In this document: positions 20,110-28,270 of the stretch, piece by piece
How the letters are laid out: every line of letters starts with the position of its first letter
Numbering within the stretch: position 1 is the first letter of the stretch
Source of the DNA: Planctomycetaceae bacterium
GTDB taxonomy: Bacteria > Planctomycetota > Planctomycetia > Planctomycetales > Planctomycetaceae
Direction of reading: 5' to 3'
Assembly (NCBI GenBank): GCA_015485495.1
Contig: WFTL01000058.1
Coordinates: 8,379 to 72,378 of the forward strand
Length of the DNA: 64,000 bases
Notes under the pieces: generated by a model
What the model saw: only the letters and a program-made list of their open reading frames with translations
Database searches by the model: none
What the model was told of the DNA's origin: nothing
Made by a program: the position numbers and the translations under genes

Positions 20110-20152
20110 AGAACGGTGACAGGCGGCCAGGAAGGGACCGTGTCACCGTTCT
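20110..20152 (-). terminator. Rho-independent terminator (minus strand)
   Basis: A perfect 12-bp stem, agaacggtgaca (20110-20121) / tgtcaccgttct (20141-20152), has a 19-nt loop. On the minus strand it is followed by TTTTTTGTTTC (20109-20099). This is the best intrinsic terminator in the window. Confidence 0.65.
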
Positions 20153-20443
20153 CATTGTTCTTGACCAACAGTTCCACCCATGCTGATCACCGGTGGAACT
20201 CAGGCAGACATCAGGTCTGCCGGTGTGTTCCCCCGCGAGGATTCCTCACGTTCCTCACCAGCGTCTGGGCGGCAGGTCAGGTCGGACCGGAACCGTCCGT
20301 TCGGTCAGATCGCTTCATCAGTGTGTTTCCTCGCACCTGAAAACATCGACTGACAGCCGGTCAGAGCGGATTCACGACAATCTGCTCTGTCATCTGACCG
20401 ACGGCCGCAATTCGGATCGTTGCCGACCGTTCGCCGCATTCAC
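20153..20443 (-). ncRNA. structured 3' UTR of the Cys-rich gene, or an independent small RNA candidate
   Basis: This 290-nt stretch between the stop codon (20444) and the terminator has no ORF of 60 aa or more on the minus strand. It contains further perfect hairpins at 20170-20200 (9 bp) and 20203-20221 (7 bp). Confidence 0.25.
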
Positions 20444-21019
20444 TTAGTTGCAGGGAGCACAGCAGCTCGGAGCAACAGGAGCACAGCAGGTCGGTTCTTC
20501 GCAGCAGGCATTTGCCGGAGCACAGCAGCTCGGTTCTTCACAGCAGGCATTCGCCGGAGCACAGCAGGTCGGTTCAGAAGAACAGCCGTGTCCGCAGCCA
20601 TGACGCTTGCTGAACAGTTTCGGCAGGCGCAGCTTCGGCATTTTGAAGTGAGAAAACAGTCCGCACTTCTTCTTCGTATGGCAGCAGCCTTCACCGCAGG
20701 CGTTCACCGGTTCGCAACAGGCAGCCGGTGCACTGCAGGCCGGCTCGCAGCAGGCAGCGGCCGGAGCACAGCAGGTCGGTTCGCTGCAGGCTTCGGCCGG
20801 AGCACAGCAGGTCGGCTCTTCGCAGCAGGCATCTGCCGGAGCACAGCAGGTCGGCTCTTCGCAGCAGGCATCCGCCGGAGCACAGCAGGTCGGCTCGCAG
20901 CAGTCGTTGCCGCAGCCATGTCCGCAGCCATCATGTTCGAACAGGCCGAACAGGCCGGCGTTGGCGCTGCCGGAGATGGTCATCACCATCATGGCAGCAG
21001 ACAGAAAGATCCCTTTCAT
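20444..21019 (-). CDS. secreted cysteine-rich tandem-repeat protein (CC-x-x-P-x-CC-A-P repeats; keratin-associated-protein / metallothionein-like composition)
   Basis: The ATG at 21019 is preceded by aggaga (ttaggagaagtgaaacaATG). A signal peptide is present (MKGIFLSAAMMVMTISGSANA). I count 41 Cys in 191 aa. There are two modules, each with GLF..H-GCGHGC followed by 11-13-aa CCEEPTCCAPA-type repeats. A terminator lies downstream on the same strand. Confidence 0.7.
   Translation of the reverse strand: MKGIFLSAAMMVMTISGSANAGLFGLFEHDGCGHGCGNDCCEPTCCAPADACCEEPTCCAPADACCEEPTCCAPAEACSEPTCCAPAAACCEPACSAPAACCEPVNACGEGCCHTKKKCGLFSHFKMPKLRLPKLFSKRHGCGHGCSSEPTCCAPANACCEEPSCCAPANACCEEPTCCAPVAPSCCAPCN
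20450..20578 (-). repeat. in-frame tandem repeat (about 39-bp units) encoding the C-terminal CCEEP[ST]CCAPANA repeats
   Basis: aa 148-190 of the Cys-rich protein; near-identical 13-aa units are visible at both DNA and protein level. Confidence 0.8.
20705..20902 (-). repeat. in-frame tandem repeat (33-39-bp units) encoding the N-terminal CCE(E)PTCCAPA[DEA]A repeats
   Basis: aa 40-105 of the Cys-rich protein; about five consecutive units. Confidence 0.8.
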
Positions 21020-21194
21020 TGTTTCACTTCTCCTAACGAGCTGAAAGGACATGAGGATCAGGGCCGCAGATGTCATTCTGAACTCATCACCTCGAAACTG
21101 GGTAACACCGGTGCTTGTTTTCGGATCCGCCCGATTTCCCGATGCACTCAAAAGGCAGTGTTTGCCGGTGTGCTGCCGGACTGGATGCGACTGT

Positions 21195-21212
21195 ATCGAT
21201 TGCATCGATTGT
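21195..21212. promoter_or_regulatory. direct repeat of a ClaI-type palindrome (atcgattgc atcgattgt) in a divergent promoter region
   Basis: Two 9-bp units sit about 180-190 nt from both divergent start codons (Cys-rich gene at 21019, DHQS-like gene at 21403). Confidence 0.2.
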
Positions 21213-21402
21213 CCGGCCGACAGACCGAACCCCGGAACGAGGCCGGGGCCCCGGGGACGGCAGACGAATTCCTGAACACCGTGTCACCGTCGCGGAGCGC
21301 GGAGACGAACTCCGGGCCCGTCGATATGCTGGCGTCGACCGAATCCAGCCTCTATGCTCAGCGTTTTCCCCGTCCTTTGACGCTTCTTTCCGCAACGCTT
21401 CC

Positions 21403-22578
21403 ATGCCCGCCGATCCATCATCTCTGAACGTCCCATTCTCCGTGACGTTCCTGCATCGACTCCGCATGACAAACGATATATTCGGTCGGGATGCCGCCGT
21501 CCTGTCAGATCTCATCGAACCGTCGGAAGGGCGTCGGCCGCGTGTCCAGTTCTGGCTGGACGAACAGGTGGCAACCATGAACCCGCAGCTGCCACAGCGG
21601 ATTCAGGCATTCTGCCGAAAGTCTGCCGGTTGTATGGACAGCAGCACGAAGGTCCAGCTTGTGCCGGGAGGGGAAAGCGTCAAAAACGATGTGCACATCA
21701 TCGAACGGATTCTCAGGTGTTTTCACCACGCGGACCTGGACCGGCGCAGCTACGTCGTGGTGATTGGAGGAGGAGCCGTGCTGGATGCCGTCGGATTCGC
21801 CGCGGCCATCGCTCACCGCGGCATTCGACTCATCCGCATCCCCACGACGACGCTGGCTCAGGCAGATTCCGGCCTGGGCGTCAAGAACAGCATCAACCTG
21901 TTCGACCGGAAAAACTGGGTGGGAACGTTTGCCGTTCCCTGGGGGGTGATCAACGATCGCACCCTGCTGACCACTTTGTCCGACCGTGATTTTCTGTGCG
22001 GCTTTTCCGAAGCGGTCAAAGTGGCGCTGCTGAAGGATGCTGCGTTCTTCCGGCTGATCGCCCGGTCGACCGGCGAGATCTGTCACCGAGGCGATGTCTG
22101 CACATCCATCATCGCCCGGTCGGCCCGCTGGCATCTGAAACACATCACGGAGGGAGGCGATCCGTTCGAGATGCTTGAATCACGTCCGCTCGATTTCGGA
22201 CACTGGTCCGCTCATCGCCTCGAAGCTCTGTCCGGCTTCGAACTCCGCCATGGCGAAGCGGTGGCCACCGGTGTCGCCATCGACACGGTGTATTCGTCAC
22301 TGGTGCACGGGCTTCCCCGGGCCGATGCGGAAGCCGTGATGCGCTGTCTGAGTGAACTGCGGCTGCTGCGCAGTCATACTGCTCTGCAGCAGACCGATGA
22401 TCTTTTCGACGGCCTGGAAGAATTTCGGCAGCATCTGGGAGGACGGCTGACGGTCACCATGCTGCGTGGAATCGGACATCCGATCGATGTCCACGAAATC
22501 GACCACGACCGGATGCGGCAGGCCATCGACCTGGTGGTCGATCGGACGGCCGCCATCCGACAGTCCGACTGCCTGTGA
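21403..22578 (+). CDS. 3-dehydroquinate synthase family protein (AroB-like sugar-phosphate cyclase fold), divergent
   Basis: It carries GGGAVLDAVGFAAA, IPTTTLAQADSGLGVKNSIN, SEAVKV, FGHWSAH and HGEAVA. These correspond to the nucleotide-, phosphate- and metal-binding blocks of DHQS but differ from the canonical DSSVGGKT / GHTFGHA. The start is chosen at MPADPSS. Confidence 0.7.
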   Translation: MPADPSSLNVPFSVTFLHRLRMTNDIFGRDAAVLSDLIEPSEGRRPRVQFWLDEQVATMNPQLPQRIQAFCRKSAGCMDSSTKVQLVPGGESVKNDVHIIERILRCFHHADLDRRSYVVVIGGGAVLDAVGFAAAIAHRGIRLIRIPTTTLAQADSGLGVKNSINLFDRKNWVGTFAVPWGVINDRTLLTTLSDRDFLCGFSEAVKVALLKDAAFFRLIARSTGEICHRGDVCTSIIARSARWHLKHITEGGDPFEMLESRPLDFGHWSAHRLEALSGFELRHGEAVATGVAIDTVYSSLVHGLPRADAEAVMRCLSELRLLRSHTALQQTDDLFDGLEEFRQHLGGRLTVTMLRGIGHPIDVHEIDHDRMRQAIDLVVDRTAAIRQSDCL

Positions 22579-22777
22579 GCGTCCCGCTGCATCGCCGCTG
22601 CCGGCCGATTCAGGACGCGGCGCTGCTGTTCGAACCTGCATCATGTCGGTACAGTACCGTGACGACGTGTGACGGCAGGTGCCGTCGCATGCGGACTGCG
22701 GCGGGCCGCACTTTCAGAACGACCCGGCCAGGACGCTGTAGACGAGTCTTCATCTTTATTTCGCTCAGAGAACTCCG

Positions 22778-24265
22778 ATGAAGTACGTTCTTGCTCTGGA
22801 TCAGGGAACAACCAGTTCCCGTGCCATCGTTTTCGATCAGCGCGGCTCGGTGATTTCGGTGGCCCAGAAGGAATTTCCACAGCACTTTCCGCAGCCCGGG
22901 CGTGTCGAGCACGATCCGGATGACATCTGGAAAAGCCAGCTTGCCGTGGCGAAGCAGGCTCTGAAGAAAGCCCGCCTGGCTGCTTCTGACATCGTCGCCA
23001 TCGGGATCACGAATCAGCGGGAAACGACGATTGTCTGGGATCGCCGGACCGGACGTCCTGTCAGCCGTGCGATCGTGTGGCAGGATCGCCGCACGGCCGA
23101 CATCTGCGACGGACTCAGGAAGCGGCGGGTCGACCGCACCATTCAGAAGAAAACGGGCCTCATTCCGGATGCCTATTTTTCGGCCACCAAAATCCAGTGG
23201 ATCCTGGATCATGTTCGGGGGGCCCGGAAGCGGGCGGAAGCGGGAGATCTGGCATTCGGGACGGTCGACTCCTGGCTCATCTGGAACCTGACCGAAGGAC
23301 GGGTTCATGCCACGGATGCTTCCAACGCGTCTCGAACGATGCTGTACAACATCCACACGGGCCGCTGGGACCGATCGCTCCTGAAAACCTTCGATGTCCC
23401 GGCCGCCGTGCTGCCGGAAGTGGTTCCTTCCAGCGGCGTCCTGGGAGAAACCCGTCTTCTGGGAGAGACCATCCCCATCGCCGGAATCGCCGGGGATCAG
23501 CAGGCAGCCCTGTTCGGTCAGTGCTGCACCCGTCCTGGCATGGTGAAAAATACGTATGGCACCGGATGCTTTCTGCTCATGAACACCGGCACGAAACCGG
23601 TCGTTTCACGAAACCGGCTGCTGACGACGGTGGCCTGGCAGATCGGAAACCGGACCCATTACGCTCTGGAAGGCAGCATTTTCATTGCCGGAGCGGTCGT
23701 GCAGTGGCTGCGCGACGGTCTGGGACTGATCCGCACCGCCGCCGAAGTCGAAAAACTGGCCGCTTCGGTCGACAGCACCGATGGCGTGTATCTGGTTCCC
23801 GCTTTTGCCGGCCTGGGCGCCCCGCACTGGGATGCGTGGGCACGGGGTACGCTGGTGGGGCTGACCCGTGGAACGACCAAAGCACACATCGCCCGTGCCG
23901 CTCTGGAAGGAATCGCCTACCAGGTGGCGGATGTGGTGCGGGCGATGGAATCGGATTCCGGGCTGAAACTCAGACAACTGCGGGTGGACGGCGGAGCCTC
24001 CCTGAACGCGCTGCTCATGCAGTTCCAGGCCGATCTTCTCAAAGTGCCCGTGATTCGTCCCGTGGTCGAAGAAACGACGGCTCTGGGAGCGGCCTGTCTG
24101 GCCGGCCTGGCCGTCGGCTGCTGGAAGAATCAGTCCGAGATTCAGTCTGCCTGGCAGGAAGCCGTTCGGTTCCGCAGTAAAATGAAGCCGGCCCGACGCC
24201 GGCAGCTTCTGGACGGCTGGTCCCGTGCTCTGGAACGGGCTGCCGGCTGGGAGCAGCCTTCGTGA
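22778..24265 (+). CDS. glpK: glycerol kinase
   Basis: [20 protein letters not shown]..., full-length FGGY-kinase collinearity, 495 aa. Confidence 0.95.
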   Translation: MKYVLALDQGTTSSRAIVFDQRGSVISVAQKEFPQHFPQPGRVEHDPDDIWKSQLAVAKQALKKARLAASDIVAIGITNQRETTIVWDRRTGRPVSRAIVWQDRRTADICDGLRKRRVDRTIQKKTGLIPDAYFSATKIQWILDHVRGARKRAEAGDLAFGTVDSWLIWNLTEGRVHATDASNASRTMLYNIHTGRWDRSLLKTFDVPAAVLPEVVPSSGVLGETRLLGETIPIAGIAGDQQAALFGQCCTRPGMVKNTYGTGCFLLMNTGTKPVVSRNRLLTTVAWQIGNRTHYALEGSIFIAGAVVQWLRDGLGLIRTAAEVEKLAASVDSTDGVYLVPAFAGLGAPHWDAWARGTLVGLTRGTTKAHIARAALEGIAYQVADVVRAMESDSGLKLRQLRVDGGASLNALLMQFQADLLKVPVIRPVVEETTALGAACLAGLAVGCWKNQSEIQSAWQEAVRFRSKMKPARRRQLLDGWSRALERAAGWEQPS

Positions 24266-24365
24266 CACATACGGCCGATGAAATCCGTCCCCGGCTGCGT
24301 GGATCAGTCGGTCTGTTCCCGACAGGATGTCTGCATCATCCCCATCTGCCCCAGGGAGATTCCTC

Positions 24366-25250
24366 ATGTCACAGACGATCGATCCGGCACGCATCACCGG
24401 CCGCGCCCAGGCTCCTGACAAAGAAGAAACCCGGCGGGCCGCGGAACTGGCCGATACTCCCGAAGCCCGGGAACTGAAATTCAAACTGGCAGCCGCCTAC
24501 CGCATGCTGGCCGATCGCGGATTCGATGAAGGCGTCGCCGGGCATATCAGCGTTCGCGTTCCCGGAGCGCCGGAATACTTCTGGGTGAATCCGTTCGGCC
24601 TGCTGTTCGAAGAAGTGACGGCGGATCAGCTTCCGCTGGTCAGTGCTCAGGGAGAAATCGTCAACGGCTGGCCGCTGATCAACTACGCGGGCTTCTGCAT
24701 CCACTCGTCCATCCATCAGGCCCGGCCGGACGTCAACTGCATCGTCCATTCCCATCCGCCGGCCGGAACGGCCTTCAGCACTCTGGGCCGCGAACTGCTC
24801 ATGCTGGAACAGGTCACCTGTTCGTTCTACGAAGATCATGTGGTGTACGAAGATTACGAAGGCGTCGTCATCGACCCGTCTCTGGCAACCGGAATCGTCG
24901 AAGCGCTGGGAGATCGCCGGGCGGCAATTCTGGTCAACCATGGACTGCTCACCTGTGCCCCGACCATCGAACAGGCGATGACGGACTTCATCGATCTGGA
25001 ACGGGCCTGCGAAATCAACCTGAAGGCCCTGGCCACCGGTCAGGAACTGCGGGAAGTGCCGCGGGAATCGGCCCTGCAGGCCAAAACTGTGTACACGAAC
25101 CCGATGCGGTGGGGGTTTTCGTGGCAGGCTCTCATCCGTCAGCTCAGCCGCCGCATCGACACGCCTTTCGCTCCGGCCGAATGGGGCGGTGTGGCCGGAA
25201 TCCCGACCGTGGAAATGTTCCGTCAGTCACTCAGCAGCATGCCAGGATAG
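24366..25250 (+). CDS. class II aldolase/adducin family protein
   Basis: GHISVR, CIVHSHPPAGTAFS and NHGLLT blocks are typical of class II aldolase-like proteins. The ATG at 24366 is preceded by gggaga. Confidence 0.8.
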   Translation: MSQTIDPARITGRAQAPDKEETRRAAELADTPEARELKFKLAAAYRMLADRGFDEGVAGHISVRVPGAPEYFWVNPFGLLFEEVTADQLPLVSAQGEIVNGWPLINYAGFCIHSSIHQARPDVNCIVHSHPPAGTAFSTLGRELLMLEQVTCSFYEDHVVYEDYEGVVIDPSLATGIVEALGDRRAAILVNHGLLTCAPTIEQAMTDFIDLERACEINLKALATGQELREVPRESALQAKTVYTNPMRWGFSWQALIRQLSRRIDTPFAPAEWGGVAGIPTVEMFRQSLSSMPG

Positions 25251-25256
25251 TTCGGA

Positions 25257-26135
25257 ATGTCTGATTCTTCTGATCCCAGGACGCCGCACATCGTTTCGGC
25301 CACCACGGAATCGTTCCGCACCGACGTGATGGAAGCGTCGCTGCAGGTTCCCGTTGTGGCCGATTTCTGGGCCGACTGGTGTGCGCCCTGCCGCCAGCTG
25401 ATGCCCATTCTGGAAAAGCTGGCCGAAGAATACGGCGGCCGTTTTCGGCTCGTCAAAATCAACGTCGACGAATGCCCGGAAATTGCCGGCGCGTTCGGAA
25501 TCCAGTCCATTCCGTTCGTCGTGGCATTCGTCGACGGCCAGCCGGTTTCGCAGCTTCCCGGAGCTCATGATGAAGCATCCGTCCGAAGCTGGCTCGACAG
25601 CTTTCTTCCGTCTCCGGCAACGGAAGCCTACAACAGCGGACTGGCCGCCGAAGCAGACGGGCGGCATGAAGAGGCGGAAACGGCCTTTCGTTCGGCTCTG
25701 GAAGCAGAACCGGATCGGCCGGAATTTTCCATCGCCCTGGCCCGGGTCCTTCTGGCTCAGGAACGCGTCCAGGAATGTTCGGAAATCATCCAGACTCTGG
25801 AAGCCCGTGGATTCCTGGAACCGGAAGCTCAGTCCATTCGCGACCAGTTGAACATGCTCACTGAGGTCAGCGAATCGGGGGGAACCCGCCAGGCACGGGA
25901 AGCTCTGGCAGCCGACCCGGATAATGCGGAACTGCAGATCCGGCTTGCCGAAGCTCTCAGCGTGGATCGCAGCTACGAAGAAGCATGTGAACTGCTGCTG
26001 AACGTCATCCGCACTCATCAGGGTGACGTGCGCGACCGGGCCAAGGACGTCATGGTGACCGTGCTGGCCGCGATGGGTCCGAAATCGCGGCTGGGAGCCG
26101 ACTACCGGCGCCGCCTGGCCACGGCGTATTACTGA
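25257..26135 (+). CDS. thioredoxin-domain protein with a C-terminal TPR-like domain (YbbN/CnoX-like)
   Basis: A thioredoxin fold with a WCAPC active site is followed by about 180 aa of helical TPR-like repeats. Confidence 0.8.
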   Translation: MSDSSDPRTPHIVSATTESFRTDVMEASLQVPVVADFWADWCAPCRQLMPILEKLAEEYGGRFRLVKINVDECPEIAGAFGIQSIPFVVAFVDGQPVSQLPGAHDEASVRSWLDSFLPSPATEAYNSGLAAEADGRHEEAETAFRSALEAEPDRPEFSIALARVLLAQERVQECSEIIQTLEARGFLEPEAQSIRDQLNMLTEVSESGGTRQAREALAADPDNAELQIRLAEALSVDRSYEEACELLLNVIRTHQGDVRDRAKDVMVTVLAAMGPKSRLGADYRRRLATAYY

Positions 26136-28270
26136 GTCTCAGAAGCGCTGGCGGCCGCTGATCCGTCGTCGGCCAGCAGCACAATGGCCAGAGACGTTCG
26201 TCCCGGGATGAGATCGACCCGAGTGGCGTAGACCGTGTGCGTCCGGTCGTCGACATATTCCCCGCGTTCCCGCAGAACGGGCAGCACCTGAGGCCACTGG
26301 CTGCACAGACAGCCCATCGCCTGCCCCTGAAGATCGGAACAGCAGGACCCGTCGCGTCCCACCCGAATCAGGACTTCACAGTTGTTGTTCAGAATGAAAG
26401 CCTGCCCGGCGTGCTGCAGACGGTGCCGCAGAAAAGCGTCCACCACATGCGTCAGAGACGCTTCGATCATCACGAAGCCGAAGGGGTCTTCCGATTTTTC
26501 ATCGAACACCGGCACCGCCGACACGACCAGCCCCGTATCGGTCTCCCGGGATTCGGATGCGCACCGGGTCAGCAGTGAGGTGAGCACATCGTCCGGATGT
26601 CCGTCCATGATCTGACGATGGCAGGAAGACAACGGACCGGATTCCAGCCGGCTGGCCGGAACGGCACGCACCGAAGACGCGTCCCGCCGCTGGCGTTCCA
26701 GACGCACCACCTGCCGGTACTGATCCCCGTCCACCTGACAGTACGTGACGGCCGCAAAGTCGGTGTTTGTGCGCAGCAGACCTCTGTAAATGACGGCCAG
26801 TCGGGACCGCCAGGTGGAAAGATCGTCCCGATCGTCCCCGTGCACCAGACAGTCGATGATTCCCTGAATCGGCGGCAGACTGGCCATGAAACGGGTGTTG
26901 CGTTCCAGACTGCGCAGAAAATTCATCAGATTCGTGCGCAGCTCCCGCCCTTCGCTCTGCATGCTGCCATAAAGCTGCCGCCGCTGAGTGCGCCCGGCCA
27001 TCCAGCGTTCCACCGCGTCGGCCAGTTCCGCGGCCGACTGATAACGGGAGTGCTGATGAAACTTCAGCGCCCGCTGACAGATCATCGCCAGACCGACAGG
27101 CAGGTCCGGCCGCGCGGCAAGCGGATCGGGAGACGGCTGCGATGCGATCCGCTGAAGCAGGTCTTCCACGGACACAGACTGTTCCCGGTCATCACGACTG
27201 CGGTCCGCATGAGGGGCCTGGCCGGTCAGCATGGTGAACAGCACCGCTCCCAGACCATACACATCTGTTCGCTCGTCGATTCGATCCTGATCTCCGACGG
27301 CCTGTTCCGGAGCCATGTACAGCGGTGTGCCGATGACCTCCCCGGCGATGGTCTGTTCGAAGCGGCTGTCTGCAGCACTGATGTCGCCGGAAAGCAGATG
27401 TCCGGTTTCGAACTCTTCGGTCAGCCGGGCCAGTCCCCAGTCCAGAACGATGACCTGTCCGAAGCTGTCCAGAGCCACGTTTTCCGGCTTCAGATCCCGA
27501 TGAATCACGCCGCGGGAATGTGCGTAAGCCACTGCCTGACAGACACCCAGAAACGCGGTCAGCAGCTTGTGCAGATCCATCGTCGTGTCTTCACCCGCAT
27601 GCCGGCGCTCGTGGTAGTCCTGAATCGCTTCCGCCAGCGTGCGTTTCCCGACGAACCGCATCGCATAAAACGGCTGCCCGGATTCGGAATCCGTTCCGAA
27701 CTGGTACAGAGGAACAACGTTGGGATGTTCGAGGTATCCGGTGATTTCTGCCTCACGGCAGAAACGCTGCCAGGCCCGAGGAAACTCCGCCGCTTCGGAA
27801 CTCAGTTCCTTCAGGGCCACCGTCCGCTTCAGCTTTTCATCCCGTGCCAGCCACACGACGCCCAGGGGGCCGGCCCCGAGCTGCCTCAGGATCGAAAAAC
27901 GCGACGTCATCTGCCGAAGTTCGGCCGATTCCGGGCTGCCGGGCGGCGGCACATCGGGAACACCCGCATCCAGCCGATCGGCCGCATCCGGGATGCTCTG
28001 TCCGCTCTGCTTCAGAAGCTCCTGGCGCACAGAATCCTTCAGACGCTGCCGCGCATCCTCAGGCAGACCAGGAGCCAGGCCGTCTTCACCGTCGGCGATC
28101 CGCCGCGCCACATCGGACAGGGAATCCTGAATCAGCCGCGACCAGTCCCGATACTGCGCCGAACGGCGGCTGTCGGAGATGCTTTGCTGCAGCGCACGTT
28201 CTTTGTCGGGAGACAGCATCCCCGACAGTGATCTGGAGATCAGTTCTGCGGTTTCCCGGTCATTCGGCAT
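26129..28270 (-). CDS. fusion protein: anti-sigma-like N-terminal domain + Ser/Thr protein kinase + C-terminal soluble sensor-like domain
   Basis: The start is taken at MPNDRETAEL, an 11-nt overlap with the sigma gene stop. The N-terminus LSGMLSPDKERALQQSISDSRRS matches the spacing of zf-HC2 anti-sigma domains, with Ser at the H/C/C positions. The Hanks kinase motifs are intact (LGAGPLG, VALK, RFCREAE, HRDLKPEN, DWG, MAPE). No TM helix is present. Confidence 0.85.
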   Translation of the reverse strand: MPNDRETAELISRSLSGMLSPDKERALQQSISDSRRSAQYRDWSRLIQDSLSDVARRIADGEDGLAPGLPEDARQRLKDSVRQELLKQSGQSIPDAADRLDAGVPDVPPPGSPESAELRQMTSRFSILRQLGAGPLGVVWLARDEKLKRTVALKELSSEAAEFPRAWQRFCREAEITGYLEHPNVVPLYQFGTDSESGQPFYAMRFVGKRTLAEAIQDYHERRHAGEDTTMDLHKLLTAFLGVCQAVAYAHSRGVIHRDLKPENVALDSFGQVIVLDWGLARLTEEFETGHLLSGDISAADSRFEQTIAGEVIGTPLYMAPEQAVGDQDRIDERTDVYGLGAVLFTMLTGQAPHADRSRDDREQSVSVEDLLQRIASQPSPDPLAARPDLPVGLAMICQRALKFHQHSRYQSAAELADAVERWMAGRTQRRQLYGSMQSEGRELRTNLMNFLRSLERNTRFMASLPPIQGIIDCLVHGDDRDDLSTWRSRLAVIYRGLLRTNTDFAAVTYCQVDGDQYRQVVRLERQRRDASSVRAVPASRLESGPLSSCHRQIMDGHPDDVLTSLLTRCASESRETDTGLVVSAVPVFDEKSEDPFGFVMIEASLTHVVDAFLRHRLQHAGQAFILNNNCEVLIRVGRDGSCCSDLQGQAMGCLCSQWPQVLPVLRERGEYVDDRTHTVYATRVDLIPGRTSLAIVLLADDGSAAASASETQ

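Noticed and set aside
17400-20119. Plus-strand ORFs of 571 aa (17400-19115) and 418 aa (18863-20119).
   Set aside because: They are antisense to the histidine kinase, response regulator and PIN/TRAM genes, all of which carry canonical motifs on the minus strand.
20450-20902. Regularly spaced near-identical 36-39-bp repeats, which raised the possibility of a CRISPR array.
   Set aside because: The repeats are contiguous, with no unique spacers. They are in frame and encode the CC-x-x-P-x-CC-A-P protein repeats. No cas genes are present in the window.
20420-21427. A 335-aa plus-strand ORF with RSTAGRFFAAGI repeats.
   Set aside because: It is the mirror image of the Cys-rich repeat gene. The minus-strand reading has the SD, the signal peptide and the downstream terminator; the plus-strand reading has none of these.
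26129-26135. A 7-nt overlap of the convergent thioredoxin-TPR and kinase gene ends.
   Set aside because: This is simple tail-to-tail overlap of stop regions, common in compact genomes. There is no evidence of functional significance.
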